Part shown: positions 47,956 through 56,661 of the stretch, piece after piece | Numbering within the stretch: the first letter of the stretch is position 1 | How the letters are laid out: each line of letters begins with the position of its first letter | IMG/VR virus record: IMGVR_UViG_3300013005_000002 | Span: 15,791-79,790 of that record | DNA length: 64,000 nt | From: a virus | Strand: one strand, 5' to 3' | Notes under the pieces: model-generated | Database searches by the model: none | What the model was told of the DNA's origin: nothing | What the model saw: only the letters and a program-made list of their open reading frames with translations | Position numbers and translations under genes: made by a program

Positions 47956-49614
47956 ATGGCACTAACTGAAAAAGAAGAGCTAGAACTTTTAGAGCTAGAA
48001 GAGGCTGAGTATCAGGATTCTTTAAAAGCTCAAAAAAATACAGAACCTTTTGTTGCAGATACTGCCGTTGGTAGTGCTTTACAGGGTGCTACTTTTGGAT
48101 TTGGTGATGAACTCACTGCTGCTGGTGCTGCCCTTACTGACATAGCTGTAGGTGACCCTAAGCTTAATGATTACAAAGATTTATATAATAAGTATTTACA
48201 AGATGAGCGCCAGCAATTAAAGCTTGAAGCAGAAGCAAATCCAAAGACAGCACTAGGTGCTGGTTTAGCTGGTGGATTAATGACCGCTATGGTTCCCGGT
48301 GCTGGTATGTTAAATACAGTTAAAGGTGCTACTGCCGCAGGTGCTGCTACTGGTCTTGGAATGTCTGAAGCTACTAGTTTACCTGAAGTTGCACAAGACG
48401 TTGGTTATGGCGCGGCTGGTGGGGCTATTTTATCTAAAGCTCTGCCTTTGGCCGCACAAATTCCTTCTGCTGTTGGTAAAACAGTTAAAGGTGCTGGTAG
48501 TTTTGTTGCAGACCTTCCTTTGGTTAGAGATGTAGTAGATGCTGCTCAAGGTGCATTTCAAGGTAAAACATATTCTGGTGCAGACCAAGTACAAAAGTAT
48601 CAAAGTCAAATCCGAGACACAGCACAAAATACAATTGATTTATTAAAAGAACTTAGTCTTAAAAAAGCAGGTCAAAAAAGTAAAGTAATTGAAGAAGCAG
48701 TAAAAGAAGGTAAGACTTTAGACATTGCTCCTGATGTTTTAGAAACATATAAAAAACTTAAAGGTTTAGGTCCTTCTGAGCTTTCTACAAAAGAAGCTAG
48801 AAAAGCAGCTAAAGAATTAGAAAAGCTTACGCAAGCTGAATTTGAAGGCTCTCTGGCAACTGGTAAGAATGTTAAAGAACTAGATAAAGTTGCTAAAAAT
48901 TTACAATCGGTAATTGATTCTAATCAAACTAATACAGAAGCCCGTCAGTACGCTTTGGATTTGTTAAGTAAAATTAAATCCAAAACACAAGAGCTTAGTC
49001 CTGACTTAAAGAATGCTAATCAAGAAATTGCTGATACTATGGGTCTTTTTGAAAGATTTACTGGCAAATCTCCTAAAGAATATATCCCTGGAATGAATGT
49101 AGCTGATAACGCGGCCATGCTTGATAGAGCTTCAAGAGTGCTTTCTAGAGTAGACGATGAGCCTACTAAAGTAAATGACTTAGTTGAAGGTATATTAGGT
49201 CAGCGCGGTCTTAAAGATTATGCACCAGATGTAGCCGATTATGTAAAAAAATCAAGTACTGAATTAGCTAGAGATTTAGACCTTGCTAGAAAAGCTTCAG
49301 GTGACGTTAAGTTTGTAGGAGAAAGACTTTCTACTCTTTCTACAAAACTTGGTGAAAGCGCTGGTAAAATGGGCAAATTTGCTAAAGATTCAGCTCTTGC
49401 TACAATTAAAAACGTAACTCCAAATTTTATGGAAAACACAGCTTTAAGAGCTAGCCAACAATTTGGTGAAACAGGTAAAAAATTATCCAACATACTCATG
49501 TCTGTAGCACCTAAAGGTGAGCAGCAAAGAACAGCAGTTATGTTTAGTTTAATGCAGAATCCTGAATATAGGGAAATACTTGAACAATTAAATCCAATGG
49601 GCGAGGGTGAGTAA
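47956..49614 (+). CDS. internal virion (ejection) protein
   Basis: QGATFGFGDEL motif and Gly/Ala-rich membrane-inserting segments. Confidence 0.65.
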   Translation: MALTEKEELELLELEEAEYQDSLKAQKNTEPFVADTAVGSALQGATFGFGDELTAAGAALTDIAVGDPKLNDYKDLYNKYLQDERQQLKLEAEANPKTALGAGLAGGLMTAMVPGAGMLNTVKGATAAGAATGLGMSEATSLPEVAQDVGYGAAGGAILSKALPLAAQIPSAVGKTVKGAGSFVADLPLVRDVVDAAQGAFQGKTYSGADQVQKYQSQIRDTAQNTIDLLKELSLKKAGQKSKVIEEAVKEGKTLDIAPDVLETYKKLKGLGPSELSTKEARKAAKELEKLTQAEFEGSLATGKNVKELDKVAKNLQSVIDSNQTNTEARQYALDLLSKIKSKTQELSPDLKNANQEIADTMGLFERFTGKSPKEYIPGMNVADNAAMLDRASRVLSRVDDEPTKVNDLVEGILGQRGLKDYAPDVADYVKKSSTELARDLDLARKASGDVKFVGERLSTLSTKLGESAGKMGKFAKDSALATIKNVTPNFMENTALRASQQFGETGKKLSNILMSVAPKGEQQRTAVMFSLMQNPEYREILEQLNPMGEGE

Positions 49615-49882
49615 TGTTATGTCTGACCAAAGAATTTTAGATAAATTAGAAGAAATGGACCAAAGGCTAGACAACATTGACATCACGTTAGTACGTCAAG
49701 AAGGTCAATTAGCTGAGCATATGCGTAGGTCTTTGCTTAATGAAGAAGCAGTTCAGTTACTAAAAACACAAATTGAGCCTGTAAAAGACCACGTAAAATC
49801 AGTAAATGCTGTATTAAAATTTGCTGGTGGTATTGCTATCTGTTTAGCAGCTTTTGAATCTATTAAGAATCTTTTTTCTTAA
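49607..49882 (+). CDS. small coiled-coil plus C-terminal TM protein (holin/XhlA-like)
   Basis: coiled coil followed by a hydrophobic C-terminus. Confidence 0.5.
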   Translation: MSNVMSDQRILDKLEEMDQRLDNIDITLVRQEGQLAEHMRRSLLNEEAVQLLKTQIEPVKDHVKSVNAVLKFAGGIAICLAAFESIKNLFS

Positions 49883-50432
49883 TTTTCTTTTGTTCTTCAA
49901 AAATTTCAGGATAATTCTCTGGATTTCTTTTTACGTCTATACTAAGTAACATTACGTCTTCTGTTATATTAGGATCTGTGTCATTCCAGATATCTCTATT
50001 CATGGCAAGTCCAGCTAAATCCATTTCTAGTAATCCATTAATCTTAGTCACACCATACACATCATTATTACGTTTATTGTTATCATCAAATATTGATTTA
50101 GCTTGTTCTTTAGTTTTATGGATATGTCCTTTTTTAGGCTTGCCTTCTTTTTTAGAAGGCTTATATCCTCCACCAATCATTTCTTTTTTAGACTTTTTAT
50201 ATCCAATTCCATTAGCTTTAGAATACTCTTGGATTAGTGGGTCTTTCTCTACGGTAAGTGTAGCATTAGCATATTCTGACATAAACTGCTTGTAATACTC
50301 TAACTCTTCTCTGCTCAAGAGATGAGCATAATCCATATCCCAAAGCTCTGCTCTGACTCTAGGATTAAAGTACTTCTTTGTTGCGTCTGGCTTTTTTTTC
50401 AAGTTGTTTTTTTCTTTTCTCTTTTTGCTCAC
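49863..50432 (-). CDS. hypothetical protein
   Basis: 189-aa ORF. Confidence 0.7.
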   Translation of the reverse strand: MSKKRKEKNNLKKKPDATKKYFNPRVRAELWDMDYAHLLSREELEYYKQFMSEYANATLTVEKDPLIQEYSKANGIGYKKSKKEMIGGGYKPSKKEGKPKKGHIHKTKEQAKSIFDDNNKRNNDVYGVTKINGLLEMDLAGLAMNRDIWNDTDPNITEDVMLLSIDVKRNPENYPEIFEEQKKIKKKDS

Positions 50433-50793
50433 GGATAAATTCCTTAGCTAGTTTAAAATCTTTATGTGTAAATTCTGGAAAGCCTTCAATTTTATAAGTT
50501 ACATATATAACTTTTTTATTCATTCTAAATTTAAAGCCTTTGATAATCTTACCCATTTGATTAGCAAACTGCTTAAATGTAACAGGCTTTTTATTGGATG
50601 TCTCTTTTACCCATTTGTAGTAAAAGTGATACACTAGGGTAGCTGGGATGTGTTTGCCTTGGCCGTACTTTAGGTAATGTGCATCTGCAAACTTTTCAGG
50701 CTCACTAAATCCAAGAGCACTTTTGTAGTCCTTAAATGATTTAGAACTACCCTTAGCTAGCTTTATTAATTCTTCTTTAGTTTTTTGGTCCAT
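50365..50793 (-). CDS. hypothetical protein, possible winged-helix DNA-binding domain
   Basis: LVY..Y.KW.....KPV....F...M pattern as in primase C-terminal winged helices. Confidence 0.5.
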   Translation of the reverse strand: MDQKTKEELIKLAKGSSKSFKDYKSALGFSEPEKFADAHYLKYGQGKHIPATLVYHFYYKWVKETSNKKPVTFKQFANQMGKIIKGFKFRMNKKVIYVTYKIEGFPEFTHKDFKLAKEFIREQKEKRKKQLEKKARRNKEVL

Positions 50794-51000
50794 CTATTCA
50801 ATAAACTGATATAATCCATCTGCTATTTTTACCGCTTCAGCATAACCTAATGTAATATAAGATTCAGAATTATTTAAAGCAACTCCATATGCTGCAATAT
50901 TTTCAAATTCAATTACTTTTGTAATTTTTTTAAATCCTACAATTTCATTGTTTTCATTTTTTACTGGATAAAATTTTCCAATTAATTTTTCTTGAAACAT
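50794..51000 (-). CDS. hypothetical protein
   Basis: ORF track. Confidence 0.6.
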   Translation of the reverse strand: MFQEKLIGKFYPVKNENNEIVGFKKITKVIEFENIAAYGVALNNSESYITLGYAEAVKIADGLYQFIE

Positions 51001-51001
51001 A

Positions 51002-51436
51002 TCAAAACTCCATTCCTAATCCGATGCCCATTTGGAATTCCCCGTCAAATGTAGCTAAATTTCCAGTTAAAAATAAAGGTCCTAGCTGTCTACGAGATAC
51101 ACTTAGCTGATAACCATCAGCGTCTAAATTCTTGTTATAAATTAAAGAAGCCATCCAGTTTTTAGCCAAAATCTTAGTTTCAGTTTTACTGGATTCTGCT
51201 TGCTTCTTTGTTTTATCTACAATCTCGGTAATTGTTTCTTTTGTACCATCTTTACGTACTATTTCTTTAATAATAGTTTTGATGTCATTTCTTACCACTT
51301 CTTTTTCTACAATTTCAGTTTTAGTCTGAACTTGAGGAAAATAGTAACGTGTAACTACAGCGGTAATTACACAACACACTAATAATAAGATTGCAGTGTT
51401 ACGGATTGTCATTATCGAAGTCCTGGCATAATCCAA
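51002..51436 (-). CDS. envelope protein: N-terminal TM, coiled/extended linker, C-terminal beta strands ending GIGLGMEF
   Basis: sequence composition. Confidence 0.6.
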   Translation of the reverse strand: MDYARTSIMTIRNTAILLLVCCVITAVVTRYYFPQVQTKTEIVEKEVVRNDIKTIIKEIVRKDGTKETITEIVDKTKKQAESSKTETKILAKNWMASLIYNKNLDADGYQLSVSRRQLGPLFLTGNLATFDGEFQMGIGLGMEF

Positions 51437-52242
51437 ATAATGTCAAACTCTTTTGCCTTAGCTTTAACTGATTCTTTTTTATTAGTGAATTGACCAGTCT
51501 CAAATACTGATGCATCAATTTGGATATTTACTAGTCCGTCTACAACATTATCTTTTAGTGCGTCTTCTGCATCTACCCAGTATTCATTTTGAATTTTTTG
51601 TTTATATTCAGCAAAAGTAATTTTCATACGTTTTGCTACTTCAGCTTCAAGCTTATTTGTGTATCTTTGGATTGTTCCGATAAAAGACATAATTCTATCT
51701 ACATCACCTTCATATCCAACACTTGCTGGATGTGACATAAGAATTGCTCTGTCTAATGCAAGTCTTTCAGTTCCATATTGATGAATCATAAATGCCATAG
51801 AAGCGCACATTGAAACGCAAATTGTACGTACTTTAGCTTTACTTGCTTGCATAGCTGAAATGAGTCTAGCTCCGTGAATAACGGAACCACCTGGGCTGTT
51901 CAGCAATAGAGTAATAGGTTCACTAGAAACCGCATTTAGTTTTACAATAGCTATAGCTGCTTCAGAAGCATTGTTTTGGATTACACCTTCAAGCATAATA
52001 GTTCTATCTATATTTAGTTTAAAGTTTTTAATGACTTTGTTAGTTTCTACTGGCTCTGCTTTTACTGGATTAGTAAAAGTAATTCCACCGATAGTATTTT
52101 CAGAAGCGTTTACTGTTACCGCAGGAGTGTCTAAAATAACACTAGTTGCTTCTTCTATTTTAGGTTTTGATTCTTTTAGTGCAAGACTAAATCCAACTAA
52201 AATAACAATACCTGCAGATAATACTAATTTTACTTTACTCAT
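51412..52242 (-). CDS. ClpP-family serine protease with N-terminal signal anchor
   Basis: LLLNSPGGSV, CASMA (Ser), MSHPAS (His); start reassigned to MSKVKLVLSAGIVILVGF. Confidence 0.8.
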   Translation of the reverse strand: MSKVKLVLSAGIVILVGFSLALKESKPKIEEATSVILDTPAVTVNASENTIGGITFTNPVKAEPVETNKVIKNFKLNIDRTIMLEGVIQNNASEAAIAIVKLNAVSSEPITLLLNSPGGSVIHGARLISAMQASKAKVRTICVSMCASMAFMIHQYGTERLALDRAILMSHPASVGYEGDVDRIMSFIGTIQRYTNKLEAEVAKRMKITFAEYKQKIQNEYWVDAEDALKDNVVDGLVNIQIDASVFETGQFTNKKESVKAKAKEFDIIWIMPGLR

Positions 52243-52552
52243 TATTTTTTTCCTTTTTTTGTTTATTGTTTTCAAGTGCAATAGATCTGTCGTCAACATC
52301 TATCTTTACTGAGGTAAGCTTACGCATCATATAGAATACGGTAGCTAAACACCAGAAAACAATAGCAGTATAAGTGCCAGTTTCTACGTCTTTTAAAATT
52401 AAAAATATATTTGATACAATCGCAAGTACTAATACTGAATACATTGTGAGTAAAGATATACTTGGTTTTTTTGTAGCGGGATCATAAGCAAATGGTAATT
52501 TTACACCAGGAGTATTAAAAGATTCAAGTATTTTTAGTAATTTTTCTAACAT
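52235..52552 (-). CDS. two-TM membrane protein (holin-like)
   Basis: two hydrophobic helices; first gene after a sigma70 promoter. Confidence 0.55.
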   Translation of the reverse strand: MLEKLLKILESFNTPGVKLPFAYDPATKKPSISLLTMYSVLVLAIVSNIFLILKDVETGTYTAIVFWCLATVFYMMRKLTSVKIDVDDRSIALENNKQKKEKNNE

Positions 52553-52558
52553 ATTTAG

Positions 52559-52587
52559 ATACTAGCATAAATCATGCCAGTTGTCAA
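52559..52587 (-). promoter_or_regulatory. sigma70 promoter (TTGACA-17-TAGTAT), probably leaderless transcript
   Basis: -35 at 52582-87, -10 at 52559-64, ATG 6 nt downstream; spacer also reads TGGCAT-GATTT-ATGCT (sigma54-like). Confidence 0.65.
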
Positions 52588-52596
52588 GAGAAAAGT

Positions 52597-52791
52597 GCGT
52601 TAGGCTAGACGCGACTCTAGCTTAGTTAATACTTGAGGCTGTCATTACCTCACCTACCGTTACACTCCGACAAAAGAATCCTAGTCGCCAATATTAACTT
52701 TATAGGTTTAGTGTGTCTCCAGTGAATAATTGGATTTATCTTTCGGTAGCATCCCGCTGCTACAATTCACAGCTTTCCACACAGCTAACGC
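52597..52791 (-). ncRNA. tRNA-like structured RNA, copy 1 (195 nt)
   Basis: 7-bp closing stem GCGUUAG/CUAACGC; T-arm-like GCUAG-AGUCGCGU-CUAGC; GUGUGGAAAGCUGUG...CACUGGAGACACAC core. Confidence 0.7.
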
Positions 52792-52809
52792 TAAAATTAC
52801 TTAAAAAGT

Positions 52810-53012
52810 GTAAGAGGCCAGTCGCGACTCTGGCTTAGGTTTGCGGATAATAGTACAGGTCAATCAACCATTCACTACTGACACGTCCACCACGGCTTTA
52901 CCCGGACCTTAAGTTGTGTCTTCTTTGTGTGTCTCCAGTGGGTCAATCCTACCTACGACGGCATATTAAGTCGGGCTTTAACCGACCCCACAGCTTTCCA
53001 CACCGCTCTTAC
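52810..53012 (-). ncRNA. tRNA-like structured RNA, copy 2 (203 nt)
   Basis: 7-bp closing stem GUAAGAG/CUCUUAC; GCCAG-AGUCGCGA-CUGGC; same core as copy 1 with compensatory changes. Confidence 0.7.
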
Positions 53013-53024
53013 ATATTTAGTATA

Positions 53025-53393
53025 TTATTTAGTTTTCTTTTTTGCAAGCTTATTTTTAGCTTTTTCTTCACGCTCTTGGGCTGTCACCTTGTTGTGACAT
53101 TCTGTACATAAACACTCTAGGCCTTCAAGACCACAGAATAGTAAATTAGAAATAAAGATTCCCCAGTCTTTTCCGTTATTTAAGCCATCTTGAGGTGTAA
53201 CGACAATTTTGTGATTTACTTCAATATTGTGTGTATCTACTAAAGCAGAACAGTGCTCACACTTGTACACACCGCGCTCTTGTCTAGACCTTGCTAGAGC
53301 TTGCCGTCTTAAGTCTGAATATAACCATTCTTTTCTTATAGCAGAGCGGAGTCTGGATTTATTGAACAATGGTTTAGGCTTAGTAGACTTCAT
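53025..53393 (-). CDS. HNH-like endonuclease
   Basis: YKCEHC...EVNHKI...LECLCTECHNKVT. Confidence 0.75.
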   Translation of the reverse strand: MKSTKPKPLFNKSRLRSAIRKEWLYSDLRRQALARSRQERGVYKCEHCSALVDTHNIEVNHKIVVTPQDGLNNGKDWGIFISNLLFCGLEGLECLCTECHNKVTAQEREEKAKNKLAKKKTK

Positions 53394-53396
53394 ACC

Positions 53397-53408
53397 CTAA
53401 CTTGTTAA
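53397..53408 (-). promoter_or_regulatory. late motif TTAACAAGTTAG on the minus strand
   Basis: 3 nt before the ATG of the HNH-like gene and upstream of the two tRNA-like RNAs. Confidence 0.65.
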
Positions 53409-53416
53409 GTTGTGTA

Positions 53417-53716
53417 TTATTTCTTAACTACTTTTCTAAATTCACATGAATTACAACTAAAAATATCTTTATCATTTAACTCAATACTTAGATTAAGAGA
53501 ACCAGTAAAACACTTGGGACAATTAGCTACCTTTGGAATCACTTCCTCTTTAACCTCATCCAATAAAGAATTTTCTATAACATCTTCATACTGGTGTTGA
53601 TATTTACCTGCATCTTTGAGTTGTCTACGTAATTGTCCATTTTCTTTTTTAAGCTCTTTAACTAAGCCTCGAAGATGCTCAAGCTCCGAGTGCGATTTAT
53701 TCTTTACTTTACCCAA
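53417..53716 (-). CDS. coiled-coil plus zinc-ribbon protein
   Basis: CPKC...CNSC. Confidence 0.65.
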   Translation of the reverse strand: MGKVKNKSHSELEHLRGLVKELKKENGQLRRQLKDAGKYQHQYEDVIENSLLDEVKEEVIPKVANCPKCFTGSLNLSIELNDKDIFSCNSCEFRKVVKK

Positions 53717-53725
53717 TTGGATTTC

Positions 53726-54169
53726 CTATTTTAAATTAGTTGAACCAAAACCGCCATCAGAACGCTGGGTCTTTTCTCCTAATTCTTTTACTTCTTTCAC
53801 ATCACATAATTCTACTGGACATAGTACCGCTTGTGCAATTCTATCTCCTCTAGCAATAATAAAGCTTTCTGTGCGTGAAATATTATCTACAAGTACACAA
53901 ATCTCACCTTGAAAATCTTGGTCGATAGTGCCTGGAGCATTGCTAATACGCAAAGATGTTTTTGCAGACAATCCAGAGCGCGGTCTAATTTGTACTTCAT
54001 AGCCTTCAGGGATAACAAATGCTAACCCTGTGCTTACTTTAGCAGACTCACCTGGCTTTAATTTGTGTGTAGACAAAGCTTCTAGGTCTAATCCAGAAGA
54101 CTTAGGACTACCTCTTTTTGGTAGATTTGCGCTGGGGTGTAGTTTCTTTACTTTCAGTGTTTCTTTCAT
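53726..54169 (-). CDS. dut: dUTPase
   Basis: SGLDL, QIRPRSGLS, NAPGTIDQDFQGEI, GDRIAQ, RSDGGFGST motifs. Confidence 0.95.
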   Translation of the reverse strand: MKETLKVKKLHPSANLPKRGSPKSSGLDLEALSTHKLKPGESAKVSTGLAFVIPEGYEVQIRPRSGLSAKTSLRISNAPGTIDQDFQGEICVLVDNISRTESFIIARGDRIAQAVLCPVELCDVKEVKELGEKTQRSDGGFGSTNLK

Positions 54170-54350
54170 TTTTTGCTCCTAAGTCTGTTAGTGCTTGTTC
54201 TATTTCTGCTTTTACTTGTAATGCATTTTGTAAGTCAGATTCACTCTCAGCTAAATCTTTTTTTAATTGTTTAACTCTTTCACCTGATAACTCAATGTTG
54301 CGCTTTACGTTATCTAGTGATTTATGCAAAATTAATTCTACGCTAGTCAT
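54108..54350 (-). CDS. coiled-coil hypothetical protein
   Basis: ORF track. Confidence 0.6.
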   Translation of the reverse strand: MTSVELILHKSLDNVKRNIELSGERVKQLKKDLAESESDLQNALQVKAEIEQALTDLGAKNERNTESKETTPQRKSTKKR

Positions 54351-54648
54351 TTTAAATCCTTATTTAATGTATTTATCTCTTGTTTAAATTTTTCATTTAA
54401 AATTAGCTTTAGTGTTTTTAAAGTATGCTTTACGAGTACATTATGTTGTTTTTTGACTTCTTTTAAAAGTTTTTTATGTTTAAGCGTTTTCATCTTTATC
54501 TCCGTCAAATATGCGACCTGTTAAAAACCAAGGAGCTACAGTTACGCCCATTACTATATTAAACACTAAAATTACATTTTTGTCAACAAAATTAATGCTC
54601 ATTAGAATATTAGCTAAAAGCATAGGAATAATGTAGTAGATTAATCCT

Positions 54649-54840
54649 TTAAGACTCAAGGAGCACCCGATAAACAAAAAATGTAAACATAATAAAAAAT
54701 AGTAATAAAAATGCGTATATAGGCCCAGTAGGTCCTATATAAATTATAGATAAGTAAATATAAAAAGATAAACCAACTATTGCTAAACTAAATGTTAGTA
54801 AAATAAGTATAGACAGTCCTAAAGCTTTTAATAACTTCAT
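54649..54840 (-). CDS. small membrane protein
   Basis: two hydrophobic segments; GAGGA RBS. Confidence 0.55.
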   Translation of the reverse strand: MKLLKALGLSILILLTFSLAIVGLSFYIYLSIIYIGPTGPIYAFLLLFFIMFTFFVYRVLLES

Positions 54841-55006
54841 GTTTTATCCTCAAAATAAGTTAAATCTAACTCTATGTCTCTTTTTTTCCACAAATAATTA
54901 CTATATGTTGTACCGGGAACGTCACAATCCCTTAAAGCTTCTTCACACAAATTCAGAATATCATTCAGTCTTTTTATTTCAATTAGAAGAAGCTCTTCTT
55001 TAGTTT

Positions 55007-55372
55007 TCATGTTTTATCCTCAAAGTATAATCTTACACCAATAATGGATTCTTTGTCTTCTTTATCGTCAAAGTGTCTATTAGGCTTAGTCATAACAAAA
55101 TCCACATATTCTTCTAATCCGAAAGCTTTTATAACCGCTTCTGCGTGACGCACTCCACCCGCTGACCATACAATGTTAGTAAAGCCGCGACCTTTGTACT
55201 CTTTCATAATCCTGATGTGTACTTTGTGTGGACGTAGGTATACTACTTCTCCGCTGTATGGATTTTTTATTTCTACCGCATCTTGATGTGGTTCATTATG
55301 GTTAGCGTCCCAAAGTGCAATAGTGTCATCGATATCAAAGCAAATGACATCCTCACCTTTAATTACTTTCAT
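55007..55372 (-). CDS. HAD-superfamily hydrolase-like protein
   Basis: ICFDIDDTI, IVWSAGG, KP..FDD motifs. Confidence 0.75.
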   Translation of the reverse strand: MKVIKGEDVICFDIDDTIALWDANHNEPHQDAVEIKNPYSGEVVYLRPHKVHIRIMKEYKGRGFTNIVWSAGGVRHAEAVIKAFGLEEYVDFVMTKPNRHFDDKEDKESIIGVRLYFEDKT

Positions 55373-55707
55373 TTGTCACCACAACAAGCTGAAATTATTA
55401 CTTCTTTTCCCATGTGTTTAATTTTATGAGCATTGCTTGGTAGATACCAAGGATTTGAATTTACAACATATTGTATATACGGAACAATTTTTTCTTCTAC
55501 GGTATATCCTAATTCAATTAATTTTTTAGTAATTTCTTCATTTGGATGTGGTATCATCCGTCCATCATAACATTTATAATCGGGTTCTCCTTTAGTATAT
55601 TCATTGGGAGAAAATTTTATTTCTCCTCCATAATCATATAACATTTTTAAATAAATATTTAAATTATAATTTTTTAATTCTTCACACATTTCTTTAGCTG
55701 TTTTCAT
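55369..55707 (-). CDS. hypothetical protein
   Basis: ORF track; ATGA overlaps. Confidence 0.65.
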   Translation of the reverse strand: MKTAKEMCEELKNYNLNIYLKMLYDYGGEIKFSPNEYTKGEPDYKCYDGRMIPHPNEEITKKLIELGYTVEEKIVPYIQYVVNSNPWYLPSNAHKIKHMGKEVIISACCGDK

Positions 55708-56528
55708 TCTTTATCCTCTTGGTGTATTGGACAATGTCTAGCATTGATTTCTCCACATACACAATCTGTGCTAAATTTTAAAAATTGTTCTTTGTTTAAT
55801 CCGGCATCAGTATAGTCTTTACTTGTAGGAGGTTCTATGTGTATCGGACGTTGTCCTCTGGATCTGCCTGAAGGAACAGAAGACCAATTTTCTGTATATG
55901 GATACTTTAAATCTTGTATAATATCTTCTTTATCCAAAGTACCTTCTACTTTAGTGCTAGCTTCTTCGTATGAAGATTCTAATTCTTTTAAAAAATCATC
56001 AAAGCTAGAGCCGGTGTGTTTATTTTTGTCACTTGAAAATATTTCAATATTTTCTTGTTTTGCTTTTTCTCTTTTGAGTTTATCTAATAAATCATAATAT
56101 AGCTCTTCACCCATTTTAGCTACAAACTTACCCTTATGTTTAATCATATTGTTTATTTCATCTTCAGTAGTAAATATAGTAAGATTTTGATTTGGCTCTT
56201 TGTACCTATCATCTAATTCTGGATGATTCTTTATCGTATACATAAGCATATTAATGTTGGCGGCAGCGTGGCTTAAGTGAGATTCACCTGACTCATTGTC
56301 ATTATCTTCACCCCATGTAAACGCAATCAAATGTCTCATTGCTGCATCTAGCAATCTAGTATAAGCTAATCCATTACAGAAATTATAATCACCATATTTT
56401 TTAGCACCAAAAGCCTGAGCTTGGGCTACACCTTCAATAAATTCCCTAGTAAGAAAATGAATGGGGGCTTTACCAGAATCATTCTTTTTACCTTCAGACA
56501 TATTATTTTTTCTCCAGTGATTTACCAT
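55704..56528 (-). CDS. dATP/dGTP diphosphohydrolase-like (DUF5664-type) domain with C-terminal extension
   Basis: KNDSGK...FGAKKYG..N...G....RL.DAAMRHL.AF..GED.D.ESG..HL.HAAAN. Confidence 0.8.
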   Translation of the reverse strand: MVNHWRKNNMSEGKKNDSGKAPIHFLTREFIEGVAQAQAFGAKKYGDYNFCNGLAYTRLLDAAMRHLIAFTWGEDNDNESGESHLSHAAANINMLMYTIKNHPELDDRYKEPNQNLTIFTTEDEINNMIKHKGKFVAKMGEELYYDLLDKLKREKAKQENIEIFSSDKNKHTGSSFDDFLKELESSYEEASTKVEGTLDKEDIIQDLKYPYTENWSSVPSGRSRGQRPIHIEPPTSKDYTDAGLNKEQFLKFSTDCVCGEINARHCPIHQEDKE

Positions 56529-56661
56529 ATCTATTTTTAATTCTAATTACAGTACGCATAAAATCCTGCTTTACTTCAACTAAATCCAAAGTATCAGCAA
56601 GTTCTTTAGGAATTACTATTTTTACACCAAGATGCTCTATTGTTGTATCTTCTGTATTCAT

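Noticed and set aside
52597-53012. Canonical tRNA genes or tmRNA
   Set aside because: No 7-nt anticodon loop at the expected position, 8-nt T-like loop without UUC, about 200 nt long, and no GGGG...CCA alanine-type ends.
52914-53111. 65-aa plus-strand ORF over the ncRNA
   Set aside because: It overlaps the covarying RNA structure and the HNH-like gene on the minus strand, with no RBS.
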